Shown: piece by piece, positions 26,011-39,500 of the stretch
How positions within the stretch are numbered: position 1 is the stretch's first letter
Layout of the letters: each line of letters opens with the position of its first letter
Made by a program: the position numbers and the translations under genes
Notes under the pieces: generated by a model
The model's input: the letters and a program-made list of their open reading frames with translations, nothing else
The model's database searches: none
Told to the model about the DNA's origin: nothing
DNA from: Octopus sinensis
Lineage: Eukaryota
DNA: 64,000 nt
Reading direction: 5' to 3'
NCBI RefSeq assembly: GCF_006345805.1
Contig: NC_043010.1
Span: 20,150,001 to 20,214,000 of the forward strand

Positions 26011-26519
26011 TTAATAATTATTACCTTTGAAGGTTATTTTTTCCATGCTGACCACTTGATAAAATCGTTATTTCCTTTTTAGATTACCGATCTTATCCTT
26101 ATTTATATATATATATATATATATACATATATATATACACACACATATATATACATACAAATAAATAAATAGCAAGGTTGTAATTTTGTCTTTTCTATAT
26201 AGGTCAATTGTTCTGGTTAGGTGGTCATAGTTAGTTACTATTTTGTTGTATTTCATATACTCTTCTTTCTTCCTTTCTCTTTTCCTTCAGCATAGAATAC
26301 AGAAATTCAGAAAATATAAATGGCATACCTAATGCAGAGGAAATTATTTTGAATTTGTAAACACATACATGCACACATTACATGTGTGTATAATATATAA
26401 ATATGTATGTATATATGTCTATATATATATTTAGGTTATAGTAGAAGACGTTTGTCCAAGGTGCCATGTAATGAGATTGAACCCAAAACTATATTTGCCA
26501 TGCTGGACTGCTGAAGTCT

Positions 26520-26690
26520 ACAAGTTTTATTTCATTCTCTCTCTGTTTATTTTCTCTTATTCCTTTCTGTTGAAGAGCATAGGCTCAAAACATAAAAGAC
26601 TTCTTCATTTTCCCAAGCGTCAAACTAATACACTTGCTTGTTGTTCTTATACCTGTCTTAGTCTTTTGTTTTTCTATGAATTTCAGCTAT
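26520..26690 (+). mobile_element. Repeat family C, copy 1, with a hammerhead-like motif with CUGU core (26563-26598)
   Basis: cuuu CUGUUGA a gagc-auag-gcuc AAAAC AUA aaag. The body is homologous to 30820-31005 and 57550-57740. Confidence 0.65.
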
Positions 26691-27169
26691 ACATATATGT
26701 TAGTGTGTATGTGTATCTTTTACTTGTTTCAGTCATTGGACTCTGACCATGCTGGGGCACTGCTTTGAATGGCTTTTAGTCAAATGAATCAACTCCAGTA
26801 CTTTTTTAGAGTCTGGTACTTATTCAGTCTCTTTTGTTGAACTGCTAAGTTGTATAAAGGTAAACACACCTGTACCGATTGTCAAGCAGTGATGAGGAAC
26901 AAATGTAGACACAATGACACTCAAACACAGTTATATACATACATATATTTTTTCAGTTTCCATCTACCTAATCCACTCAGAAAGGTTTGGTTGGCCCAAG
27001 ACTATAACAGAAGACACTTGCTCAAGGTGTCCTCAGTGGGACTGCACCCAGGCCCATGTGGTTGGCAAGCAAGTTTCTTACCACACAGCCACACTTGCAC
27101 CACATACATTATATCTGTTTGAGTATGTATGTATGTGTTCATGTATATACATATATATATATATATATA

Positions 27170-27467
27170 TGCAATGGTCCAGTGGTTAAGGGCAGCGGAC
27201 TCACGGTCGTAGGATCGCGGTTTCGATTCCCAGACTGGGCGTTGTGAGTGTTTATTGAGTGAAAACACTTAAAAGCTCCACGAGGCTCTGGCAGGGGGTG
27301 GTGGCAATCCCTGCTGTACTCTTTCGCCACAACTTTCTCTCACTCTTTCTTCTGTTGGCCTGCTCGCTTAGCCAGCAGGGTGGTGTCATTTGAAGGCTAA
27401 AACAATGCGAAGCGCATTGTAACCAGCAATGTGTAGCAACATCTGGTCAGTCACGGTGATCACTGTG

Positions 27468-27470
<3 letters not shown>
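27170..27470 (+). mobile_element. tRNA-derived SINE (another family)
   Basis: A box tggtccagtgg and B box ggtttcgattcc. The 3' end gtcacggtgatcactgtgata runs into (TA)n. Confidence 0.75.
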
Positions 27471-27502
<32 letters not shown>

Positions 27503-28671
27503 TCATATCATGTGTGTGTGTGTCTGTGTGTAAAGTGGTTGGCGTTAGGAAGGGCATCCAGCTGTAGAAACTAAACCAAATCAGATTGGAACCTGGAGCA
27601 GCTCTTCTGCTTGCCATCCCTGGTCAAACCATCCAACCCATGCCAGCATGGACAATGCATGTTAAAGGATGATGATGATGATGATATACATGCATACATA
27701 CACATAATAACCATAATAATAATAGTCATTGCTTGGAACTGTAAGAGTTTTCTGCACAGTTTTCGAAGCATGACCAGTAAACAAGTGTCACCTTAGCCTG
27801 CTGGCTTTGGACAGCTGACACTTTCCATCATACCCAGCAAAATAAGCTGAGAGTTTTCATGCATTGGGATAGCACTTCACATCACCAACTGGTGGTTGTC
27901 ACACACTGATGATGGGTCAACATTCAGAACCCCGGTCCATGTGTATCGCATCAGGCTGGAGATGGGAAGGATGACTTCCCTTTGCAAATACTGATAGGGC
28001 ACAGAAAGTGTGTCAATAGCCAACTGGAGGAGGTGTCCTCTTGGGGCTACAAGCTACAGTAGCATCAACCCTTAAGGGTTATCCACATTTAAGCGGAAAA
28101 TATACTACTACTACTACTACTACTACTAATAATAATAATAATAATAATAATTGATTTCTGATATATGCACAAGGCTATAATTTGGGGAGAGGGTATATGG
28201 TGTGTTCCCAGAGCTTAAGTGGATTTTTTATGTTATTGCTGCTCTCCACCCCACAAAAATGAAAGTCAAAGGTAACTTCAGTGGGATTTATACTCAGGGT
28301 TTTAACTACTATAAGGTATTGTATCCAACACTTTATAAATGTTTAATATATATTTGATTATAACCTTTGCTGTATTTCATTTTTTAATTTTCATTTTTTT
28401 TTGTAAAATCATTTACTATTTTTTAATAATTTATTAGAAATTTCCATTACTATTTTTAAAAATTATTTACTAACCATTTCTTTTACTGTTTATTAATTAG
28501 TTATTAACCATTTCCTATCCATTCACAAGAGGAAGTTCAAGAATGTTTTCTATGAATGCAGATATAAGTGCAGACATAGCTCTATACAGCTGCACCTATG
28601 TCTTTCAGTTTTCACCTACCTAGTCTGTGAGGGGACTTGATTGGTGAAAACTAAATTAAGCTTGTTGTATG

Positions 28672-28719
<48 letters not shown>

Positions 28720-28745
<26 letters not shown>

Positions 28746-28861
28746 CATACATGTGTGTGTGCATACATGTGTGTGTGCATACATGTGTGTGTGCATACAT
28801 GTGTGTGTGCATACATGTGTGTGTGCATACATGTGTGTGTGCATACATGTGTGTGTGTGTG
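28720..28861. repeat. 14-bp minisatellite (TGTGTGTGCATACA)n
   Basis: About 8 tandem units between TG tracts. Confidence 0.9.
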
Positions 28862-29479
28862 TACTTTTGTCACATGATGGTTGTGGGTGAGCATCATTAT
28901 CACACAAACAATGTTATTTGTTTTCAGTCTTTCCTGTCTTGGTGTGGAAAATGTTACCTTGCTTGGAAACAGGTGAGGATTGGTGGCAGAAAGGATATTG
29001 GGCTGTTGAAGATTTAGGGCTGGAGTTCCAGTGGTCACTTTAGGTCTCCAATGGTTCTCATTTTCACATTATATTTGTTCATTTCCTCTCTCACTCTGAA
29101 CATCAGAGACGTTAGATGTGCCTTTGCATCTATGAAACTCTAAGTAATGCACAGCTGTGTTAACTTCTAGGGAAATACATTTAACTTCTATAAATTCTGC
29201 AGAACACATTTTCCATTTGTTTAGACACCTGTCTGTGTGTGTATGTTATATATATATAATTATAAATAAGTTTCATTGTAAATATTTACAGAGTCCTGGA
29301 AGTTATTTTGTTTCTGTCATAAAGTTCTTTGTAATAGACAGCTTGTGTTTTGTTCAACATTCTGAAAGATTTTTCTTCTGAATGAAAAAAGAAAAGGTCA
29401 ATACAAATCTCAATGTCAGATAATTTTTTTTTTTCCATTAATTTTTACCAATGTAAATAATTTATCTGCACACTCTCAT

Positions 29480-29690
29480 TTAAGCAATATTCCACAGGCA
29501 TCTAACTGATGTAAGCAACATATCACAAGCAACTAAATCTGATGGAAGCAACATATTACAGACAACTAACTGATGAAAGCAAAATATTACAAGCAACTAA
29601 CATTGATGAAAGCAATATACTGAAAGCAACTGACTGTAATTTAAGCAATATATCACAGGTGACTCACTCTGATAAAAGCAATATTTTACT
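29480..29690. repeat. Degenerate ~31-33-bp tandem repeat
   Basis: The unit approximates aagcaatatattacaggcaactaactgatga. About 6-7 diverged copies. Confidence 0.8.
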
Positions 29691-29942
29691 GCCAAGTACC
29701 CTTGTCATTTAAGGGATGCATTACAGGCAACTGGGTGGCTAATGTATACTTGAATTCCTGGCAACTAACTTTAATTTCAGAAAATATTACAAGTATAGCT
29801 AGATCTTTTATATATATATATATATATATATAATCTATATATATATATATATATATCTATATATTATATATCTATATATTATATATCTATATATATATAT
29901 CTATATATCTATATATATATATATATCTATATATATATGTAT

Positions 29943-29974
<32 letters not shown>

Positions 29975-30010
29975 GTATATGTATATGTATATGTATATAT
30001 ATATATATCT

Positions 30011-30042
<32 letters not shown>

Positions 30043-30076
30043 CTATATATATGTATATGTATATATATATATATCT

Positions 30077-30108
<32 letters not shown>

Positions 30109-30167
30109 CTATATATATGTATATGTATATATATCTATATATCTATATATATGTATATGTATATATA

Positions 30168-30326
30168 CATAAATATAAGAGGGAATTTTTCCCTCTTATA
30201 TTATGTATAAAATACTATTTACTGAATCTCAGTTTTTGTTATATGCTAGACCACTGGTGTTAAAATTGATGTTATCAAATTAATATCCAATTTTTCACCC
30301 TCATTTTGATTTTATATATATGTGTG

Positions 30327-30373
<47 letters not shown>

Positions 30374-30380
30374 GTATATA

Positions 30381-30444
<64 letters not shown>

Positions 30445-30725
30445 TATCTATATATTATATATATATATCTATATATATATCTATATATCTATATATATAT
30501 ATATATCTATATATATGTATATGTATATATATCTATATATCTATATATATGTATATGTATATATACATAAATATAAGAGGGAATTTTTCCCTCTTATATT
30601 ATGTATAAAATACTATTTACTGAATCTCAGTTTTTGTTATATGCTAGACCACTGGTGTTAAAATTGATGTTATCAAATTAATATCCAATTTTTCACCCTC
30701 ATTTTGATTTTATATATATGTGTGT
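30168..30725. repeat. Identical direct duplication (398-bp period) of a ~150-bp hairpin-led insert within (TA)n
   Basis: 30168-30325 equals 30566-30723. Each copy begins with the hairpin atataagaggga-atttt-tccctcttatat. Confidence 0.9.
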
Positions 30726-30772
30726 ATATATATATATGTATATATATACATATATATATATGTATATATATG

Positions 30773-30819
<47 letters not shown>

Positions 30820-30823
<4 letters not shown>

Positions 30824-31005
30824 AGAGTTTATGTAAAAAACAAAAGACGAAGACAGGTGGTGTACAAAACAAACAGATGTATTAGTATAATGCTCAGGAA
30901 TAGAAAAAGTCTTTTACGTTTTGAACCTACGCTCTTCTACAGAAGGTACACAGAAAAAAAAACAAGGAGAGAAAAAAATGTGTGTAATGGCTAACGATCT
31001 ATCAT
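30820..31005 (-). mobile_element. Repeat family C, copy 2 (HHR-like motif 30911-30946)
   Basis: ccuu CUGUAGA a gagc-guag-guuc AAAAC GUA aaag, flanked by (TA)n. Confidence 0.65.
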
Positions 31006-31300
31006 ATATATGGCTAACAATCTCTATATATATATATGTTACTAAAATTTTGTCTTTATAGCTGTGTGATACCTGTTTAGCTGTATAATACCTATTGTTA
31101 ATACTTACACTGCCTATTATTAATAATTCTTGAGGCTGAGGCTTCAAATACTATTTGTTTTGTATGGGAAGAAAATGGGAAATTTGAAAGTCTGTTCTTT
31201 ATATTTGAACCATACAATTGTATGTAAACATTTGAATTACTTGATTATGGTTGTTTAGAATTGTTGACATTTAAATAACTCACATACTCCTTTACTTTAA

Positions 31301-31510
31301 CCCTTTAGCATTTAAACTGGCTGAAATATCTACCTGCTTTATTTTCAGACTGGCTAGATTTGGCCTCTTACACCCTATCCTACAGTGTCATTCTAAGAAA
31401 AAACAGTCACCTCATCAAAATCTCGAAGCTATGAGATAACGCGTGATTAATTCAAAAGTTGTGAATAAGTAAGCATAGCATTAAGTAGAGTAATCTCAAT
31501 GCTAAAAGGC
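31301..31510. mobile_element. piggyBac-type MITE
   Basis: ttaa|ccctttagcatt...aatgctaaaagg. Related copies at ~33465-33638 and ~55860-56075. Confidence 0.7.
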
Positions 31511-32738
31511 TGAATAAGCTGCAAAAGACCAAGAAATATTTCTCTTCTTCTGCATATTGATAAATATATATGTTAGTGAATAGACGTCTTAGATGCATAC
31601 ATTCAAGATACTCGTTCAAGATCTTGTTACTCTTTACAAATCTTTGCTGTGATTTAATTTAAGAATTTTCCAGTGAAATTTTATCAGTGAGCAGGTTGCA
31701 GAAGTATGCTGAAATTTTTAAAGAATTCATTGTTGGCAATACTTATGAGAAATCAACTAAAGTAAGCGTAGGTGTTTGTCTGTTCTGAAATGGTTAAAGT
31801 GAGTTTTCTGTGATGTAAGATTTATAATTTATAATTAATAATTCCTCCTAATGAAACGGATCATTGGTATTAAACTTTTTATTGAACATGCAGTTATGTT
31901 TCCATCCAAAAATTAAAGTGCTGCATTTTGTAATTTTTGTAATTTTTGAGGTCAAACTTCAAATATGGGAATTCAGATTAACTTTTCTAATTTTGGGGTT
32001 TTTTCTTTTTTCTTTTTTAGTATTAAATTTTAGAATTGTAAAATTAATGTATATATAAACAGAAATCCAGGGTTTACACTGGTTGAGGTGAAACTGGATT
32101 TAAAAAATAAAGAAAAGAATTAAATTCTAAAATTGAAATTTTCTATACCTGAATTAAAATTTTATGAAAATTTTGAAATTAAAATTTTAATTGATAAAAA
32201 TATATACCTTTTTATATTTTTGATTATCTTTTGTTTGAATTTGAATTTCAGTTTAAATCTTTAAATTGTTTCAGCTTCAAAGCTGCGGTCATGCTGGGGC
32301 ACCACAGTTGATTTATCATTTATTATTTATTTGTTTTATTGGTATTGGCTTAAATTTAAAAAAAAAACATGCCAATTTTATGAATTTGGATTCCAGTATT
32401 AATAAAATTGATTAAACAAAGAATTCTATTCTTTGTTAGCACTTTGTTTTCTTAGGTTTTTTTTTAAAGATGTTTTTATACGAAGTGAGTCGGATCCAAG
32501 ACCATTATGTTTTATCCTGAATTTATGGTTTTTTAATATTTCCTGAGTCTTGAAATTATCAGAATCTCACTTGCTGCTGGAAACTGTTCTTTTAATATTT
32601 TTATTTTAAACAATAACGAGACTTTGGTATGACTAATATAATTTTTTCCCCCCAAATATTTTTTTATTCAAAATAAAAAAAAAATTTCAAAATAATTGCT
32701 TGTTCTATAATTTATTTATTAGTGACTGTATGGTTAAA

Positions 32739-33127
32739 TCTTTATATATAAAGCTGAAGTTGTCTGTGTGTGGCAAGTTTGGTAGCCTTCAACTAACACT
32801 ATCTTCTTCGAGACCCTGCACCACAAGTTAACCAAAATTGAGATTATGATAGAAGAAGGCTTGCTCTTCATTCCGTAGAAGAAAAAATTCAAATCGAACC
32901 ATTTTAACACCAAAAATTATTTACATCAAAAAGGTGCTTTTTTTTATGAAAACCCCTATTTTTTACGACTTTTTGACTACTGTGTCGCCATTTTTCGATG
33001 TATTTCAACCAGAAAAATGTTCACTTAAAGAGAATAACAAGCTACATAATGCAAAAGTTTTACTTTTCAAAAATTCCAATTCTAATGGGTCGAAACAAAC
33101 CCGAGCAACGCCAGGTGATACTGCTAG
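32739..33127 (+). mobile_element. Non-autonomous Helitron
   Basis: Inserted between A and T, with 5' TC, a subterminal GC-rich hairpin remnant (cccgagcaacgccagg) and 3' CTAG. Second copy at 45543-45925. Confidence 0.85.
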
Positions 33128-36099
33128 TGGACATTAAAGGATGATGGCTTTCATCATTGATATTGTTGTCAATGTGGAAAGTCGTATCAAGAGATGAAGG
33201 CCAGTAGAATCAGTGTTCCTGTGTGTCCTACTTGTCAGATAAATCTACTTAGTCAAATACATTCCCTTCCACCAATCTCTTTTCAGGCAGACATTAAAAA
33301 TGGGTCTCCGTTGGTGTTTTGGGTTGTATTCAGATGTTTGCTCAGTTGACCACCCATGCTTATTGGATTGGCATTTGAAGAGCTGAGTCTCATACCATGG
33401 ATGTTTCTGTCTTTAATGTTTTTTCAGATAGAATCGGCATGACACAATGTGACAAAATTGGATGGGCATTTAAACCAGCCATTTCCACCAAAATATTCTA
33501 CTTGTTTTGTTTAAACTGGCCATATCTGGCCTTTCACACCTACTTGACAATGTCATCCTAATTTTATTCAATTTTATTGCTTGTGATAAATAATTCGCAA
33601 TTAATTACATTCAACGGAGTAATCTGAATGGTAACGGGTTAAATTACAACCACAGTGCATTAGGTGGGATTCTTTACAGTTTCCGTTCATCTAATTTCAA
33701 CCTCAAACTTTGGACTGACCTGAGATTATGGTAAAAAAAGAGATGCCAACTGGGATTGATTCAGGGTTTCATAATTGCAAAGTGAATTTCTTTAACATGT
33801 TGCCATGCTCCAAGACTATATTAACTGATGTAGTCTTTCCTTCCCCATGATTTGTGCTGTCTTCACACCACAGCTAAACACTACACATCATGTTCTTGTT
33901 CTTCAGCTGCTTTGTATTTAAACCAAGGAAGCCTCTATGCCAGCAGCTCCTGATTTGCACTCCATGAACCCCTGAGGATTCACAGAGAAGGTATTAAGGG
34001 CTGCATAAGCTGATGTCTAACTCTTTAGCAGACAACCCGTTCAAAAGCTTGGGGGTCTATCGGCAAATTTAATTAAGTAAAAAGACTTCTTAGTTGTGAA
34101 AAGGTCAGAAACTGCTGTTGTGTGGTGACTCACCCTGTTGTAAGTAACAGTCAAATCACCCTCAAATCATGCCCTGCCATCTTAGAAAAAAAAGGGTAGG
34201 GGTTATATAAGATAAGATGCTTTTAGATCTGTGTCCTTGTGCTTCTCAAGAAGTTCTTGATGAGCTTTAGTTTGCTGATGGAAGATCTCAGAGCAATACA
34301 TACATTTGGTAAAATATCATTTAATCTGCAGATTTATATTGTATTTAAATGTTGGATGTGGTCCCATATTGTCACCAAAGTTTAATGCATGTCCTAGAAT
34401 GCCTTGCTTTCTCTTGTATGGATACTGCAAGGTTGTTTGGGATTTGGCTAATAATTTCACATGTTCAAAATTGAGATCCTCTTCAGTCATCCCTTCAATG
34501 TTACCACAGAAGGCAAATCAATCTGTTAATTGTGATGGAAGCACCAAACACGTTTTGACAATCTGGTGTTTGAAAATGTTTTAGGCCTTTTCATTTCTTA
34601 TTTCACAAAGAAGGTTATACAAATCCTGCTTTTATTTCAGTCAACAAATTTATGTGAAAAGGGCTTGTCTGGTGTAGCAAGTATAAAATAAAATTTAAAA
34701 ATTGCTCTACAAGTGGAAGGTGATGTGCAACTTGGACAAACACTTGACCCAGAATTGAGAGCTTGTTAATAAAGAGGATTGGTACTATTATAACTTTTTA
34801 TTGTACTTCTTTTACTCTTAATGAAATTATAAATATTAATGTTTTAGCTTTTGAAAATTGTCAGAAGCCATTTAGAAAAAAGAAGTTTTATATGGCTACA
34901 AGTTCTATTTTATATTCTTATGTGCCATCTAACTGGATCCCGTGCCAGTGGCACATAAATAGCTCCATTCAAGCTTCGTCATTGCCAGTGCTGGCTGACT
35001 GGCCCCCATGCTGGTGGCATGTAAAAAGCACCCACTACACTCTCAAAGTGGTTGGCATTAGGAAGGGCATCCAGCTGTAGAAACTCTGCCAGATCAGATT
35101 GGAGCCTAGTGCAGCCTTCCTGGCTTGCCAGCCCTCAGTCACACTGTCCAACCCATGCCAACATGCAAAGCAGACATTAAATAACAATGATGGTGATGAT
35201 GATGATTAATAAATTTCAAACTAGTGGTTGTTGGGTAGCATGCTAAGCACAATGCTTAGCACCATTTTGTCCTTCTTCACATTCTGAACTCAAATTCTGC
35301 CAAGGTTATCTTTCCCTTTCATCCTTTTGGGTTCGATAAAATAAGTACCTGTTATGCACTGAGGTCAATGTAATTGACTTAACCTCTTACCTGAATTTTG
35401 CTGGCCTTGTATTGAAATTTAAAACCAATATTTAGTGGGTGGGGATGTGGCTGGTTTTGATAATTGTAGAACTACTGGGCTAGAATATTCAAAAATGTTA
35501 AGTGCCTTTTAATTGGTCATTTGGTTTGTGATGTAATGGGTTCGGTCAGACCTTGCCAACTTGAATTACATTGCAGGCAGAAAGTTTTTTGAAGGCCTCT
35601 TGTATACTGACAGAATTGAAAGTATTTTGCTTTCTCCTGCTATTATTACAATAATAAATGAACGATCGTTGGTTCAACATGAAATATCATCATTACAAAA
35701 ACAGCAGCCCCCCTTTTTTTTTTTTTTTTTTACTTTTCATTACAATCTTTAATTTCTCAAAATTTTTAAGCTGTTTGTTTAAATAAACCCATTTCATGAA
35801 AGTATCAAGCAAGCTGCAATATAAAAGTCTGTGGCCCATGGGCCTCAGGTTGGCCAGCCTTGGGTTAGATAGTTGGTCACATGGTTAGTATTGATGACAA
35901 TTATTCATATTGAGGAATGGCATCGGAGCGGTTGGGTTTAGAATTACTGTCACTGGCAGTTGTTTTGGTGATTTTTATGACAGCTATCATGAAACTGCTC
36001 TGCTTTAGGCAAAAGAAAAAGATAAAAAATGACTGAGTGTTGTCAGAAACAGTCTTTGTTTTGACAGAAAATAGTTTTGCTTTATTTCAGATTCTTTAA

Positions 36100-36574
36100 G
36101 CTTTTTGTTGCCAACCTGGCTGAAACCACCTCTGGCTCTGTAGTACAAATGGCTTGTTTTCATAAGTTTTGAATTAAAATCTTCCACTAAACCATAGTCA
36201 CACTTCATGTTCTTAACATTAGCTGAATGATAATGAAGTTATTTTACTAAATTCTTTGTTATATTTAAAATTAATTGAAAGAAACACAGAGCATCTCAAC
36301 AGAAACATGGTAACAAAAGGGTTAAAATATATAATAGAGAAACAATTCTTAACCCTTTCGATACCAACCCAGCTGAAACCACCTCTGGCTCTGTAGTACA
36401 AATGTCTTGTTTTCAAAAGATTTGAATTAAAATCTTCCACCAAACCTTAGTCACAATTTATGTTCATAACACTAGCTTAATGATAATTAAGTTATTTTAC
36501 TAAATTCTTTGTTATATTTAAAATTAATTGAAAGAAACACAAAGCATCTCAACAGAAATATGGTAACAAAAGGG
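36100..36574. mobile_element. Two adjacent piggyBac-type MITEs (36100-36321 and 36353-36574)
   Basis: ttaa|ccctttcgatacca...tggtaacaaaaggg|ttaa; two similar copies 31 bp apart. Confidence 0.82.
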
Positions 36575-39500
36575 TTAATCACATGCTTAGTAGTGTTGGC
36601 AAGGCATCAACTCTTTTTGCTGGGTATCAATTTTATTTATTTTTGTACAAAGTGTTAGTTTTTTTTTTTAATCTTTAGTTTGATATTCTTCAACATTGGT
36701 CTGGATGGTAGAGATCACGACTGACCAACTGACCCATAATGTTAGCTATTAGTGTATTGATTTAATTCTTTTGTAGGCCTTGGGTCACTTGCTTCTTCTG
36801 ACCACCCCTTCTTATTGGGTTTTCTAATTTTCACTTCTAACGAGGTTACCTAGATAACAAATGCTATCTACTTCTAGAATTGCTGTGCCCGTTTTTATCC
36901 TGTGTTTGTTTATGCCATGTATCAAATACCAATAAAAGCAATAAAACACAAAGGACCTGCAATGACAAAGATGATATGTTGGGACCTGGACTCTTATATT
37001 GGTGAGAGACAGAGGGGTGCTAGTACTGGACAAAATGTCTTCTTGTTTTTAATCATTTCCCTTTATGCACTGAAACCTTGGATTCTGTCCCTCTCAGTTT
37101 GATAGAATGATGTATCAGTCAAGTAGTGACTTTTCAATGAAAGAGCTTCCTTTTGTGAAGGGCAAACCCCTGAGAATGCTGTTGACTTGGTAAACTTTCC
37201 CCCCACGATACAAGTTCCATCCTAACAGACCTAGTTCCTGGTTATTTGTAGCTTCTTTAAAACCATAAATATCGATAGCTTATAAAGCCTTACCTCTAAT
37301 TTTCACCATCACCTCTGATCACTATAAATACCCGAACTGCTACTCTTAATCACGAACAACCTGTCTCAAAAGCACAGATTCTATATCATCATCATCATTA
37401 TTTACTGTCCACCTTCCATGCTGGCATGGGTTGGGTGGTTTGACAGGAGCTGGCAAGGATGGAGAGCCACACCAGTTTCCATTGTCAGCTTTTGCACGTT
37501 TTCCATGGCCAGATGCCCTTCTTAATACCAACCCCTTTACAGAGTGTACTGGGTGTTTTTTGCATGTCCCCAGTACTGACAGGGTCAGCGAGTAGCTTGC
37601 AAGACAAAAATCCCTTCAGATGGAAGTAGTTATGAGGGTGGTGGTGGTGGTGGTGGCTTTGTGCAGGATGATGTAAGATTAGGGTTATGGAGAGGGGGGA
37701 GAAGCAAATTAAATCTTGTGATAAAGACAGGATATTTGGAAGTGAAACTTGAATTTATGTTGGATATACATCCTTTGTGAATAAATAATCTTGATATCAA
37801 CTCTTTCAGATATCTTGTCATGGCTGGAGTCGTGTTTGTTTGACTTTGTATTATATTGTTGTAACAATACCATCAAAATCAAAATCAAATGGAAATTATA
37901 GTTGTGATCCCCATGTTGGTGGCACGTAAAAAGCACCATCCGAACATGGCCTATGTCAGCGTTGCCTTGACTGGCTTCTATGCTGGTGACATGTAAGAAG
38001 CACCAACTGATCGTGGTCATTGCCAGCCTGCTCTGGCCCCTGTGCCGGTGGCATGTAAAAAGCACCCACTACACTCTTGGAGTGGTTGGCGTTTAGGAAG
38101 AGCATCCAGCTGTAGAAACACTGCCAGATCAGACTGGAGCCTGGTGCAGCCGCCTGGCTTCCCAGACCCCAGTTGAACCGTCCAACCCGTGCCAGCATGG
38201 AAAATGGATGTTAAACGATGATAATGATGAATACCAGCATGGAAATGGAAAACTGATGTGGAATCATAATGATGAAGATGGTGATGATGATGATGATCTG
38301 ACACTACACAAAGGGCAATAACTCTGGTGTGTAACAGAGAAATACCTGTTTCTGTAAACACTAATTGGCAATAGGGTGAGACAACGTTAAGAGTAACCAC
38401 ATTTTCAATCTTCCTTATTTAGTACTTGATTAAGAGTTTTGTTAGGGAAAATTTAGTTTTATCCTTAGAATTACTTTGCAGCAAAATTAAACATATTTTC
38501 TTTATAAGGAGTAAATATAAATACCAGCTGCAAAAACACGGCAATTGAAATGCAAGTCGTAATAACATTTTGTACGATAAAAGCATTTTGTGAGAGGCTG
38601 AAAAGTATTTTCCACGAAAATAGAAAATATCATCATCATCATTGTTTAATGTCCACTTTCAATGCTGGCATGGGTTGGACGATTTAACTGAGGACTGGCG
38701 AATCAGGCTCCAATCTTGATCTGGCAGAGTTTCTACAGCAGGATGCCTTTCCTAAATGCCAACCACTCCAAGAGTGTAGTGGGAGCTCAAATTTTTTTTT
38801 TTACATGCCACCTGCACAGGAGCCAGTCCAGTGGCACTGGCAACGACCCCACTCAAATGTTTTTTTCACGTGCCAGTAAGGCGATGCTGGTAACGATCAC
38901 ACTTGACTGGTGCTTTTTACGTGCCACTGGTTTGGAAGCCAATTAGCAGCTCTGGAAATGATCAAGCTTGGATGGTGCTCTTAGCGCTCCACTAGCACGG
39001 ATGCCAGTCAATGAATTTGATTTTGATTTCACTTGCAGAGTTTAGTGTCCAATGAAGGAAAGGTACGCATAAGTGGGCTGGCATAGGCCACAAGGTTATG
39101 GTCTCATTCTTTGTAAGCCTAGTACTTATTCTATCGGTCTCTTTTGCCAAACCACTAAGTTACGGGGACATAAACAGACGCACAAACATATACATGCATA
39201 CACACACACATATACATTTATATATATATATACGACGGGCTTTTTTCAGTTTCTGTCTACCAAATTCACTCACAAGGTTTTGGTTGGCCTGAGGCTATAG
39301 TAGAAGACACTTGCCCAAGGTGCCATACAGTGGGACTGAACCCAGAACCATGTGGTTGGTAAGCAAGCTACTTATTACACAGCCACTTGGGTGCCAAAAC
39401 ATATTTCATGTATAAAATTGTTTTCAAAGCAAGAGGTTTGGCTATGAGTTCAATGGTTGTAAAATAAAGTAGACAAATGGGTTTTGTGTTAATTTGAATT

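Noticed and set aside
29480-29690. CRISPR-like periodic repeat
   Set aside because: The units are contiguous with no unique spacers, there are no cas genes, and the context is eukaryotic.
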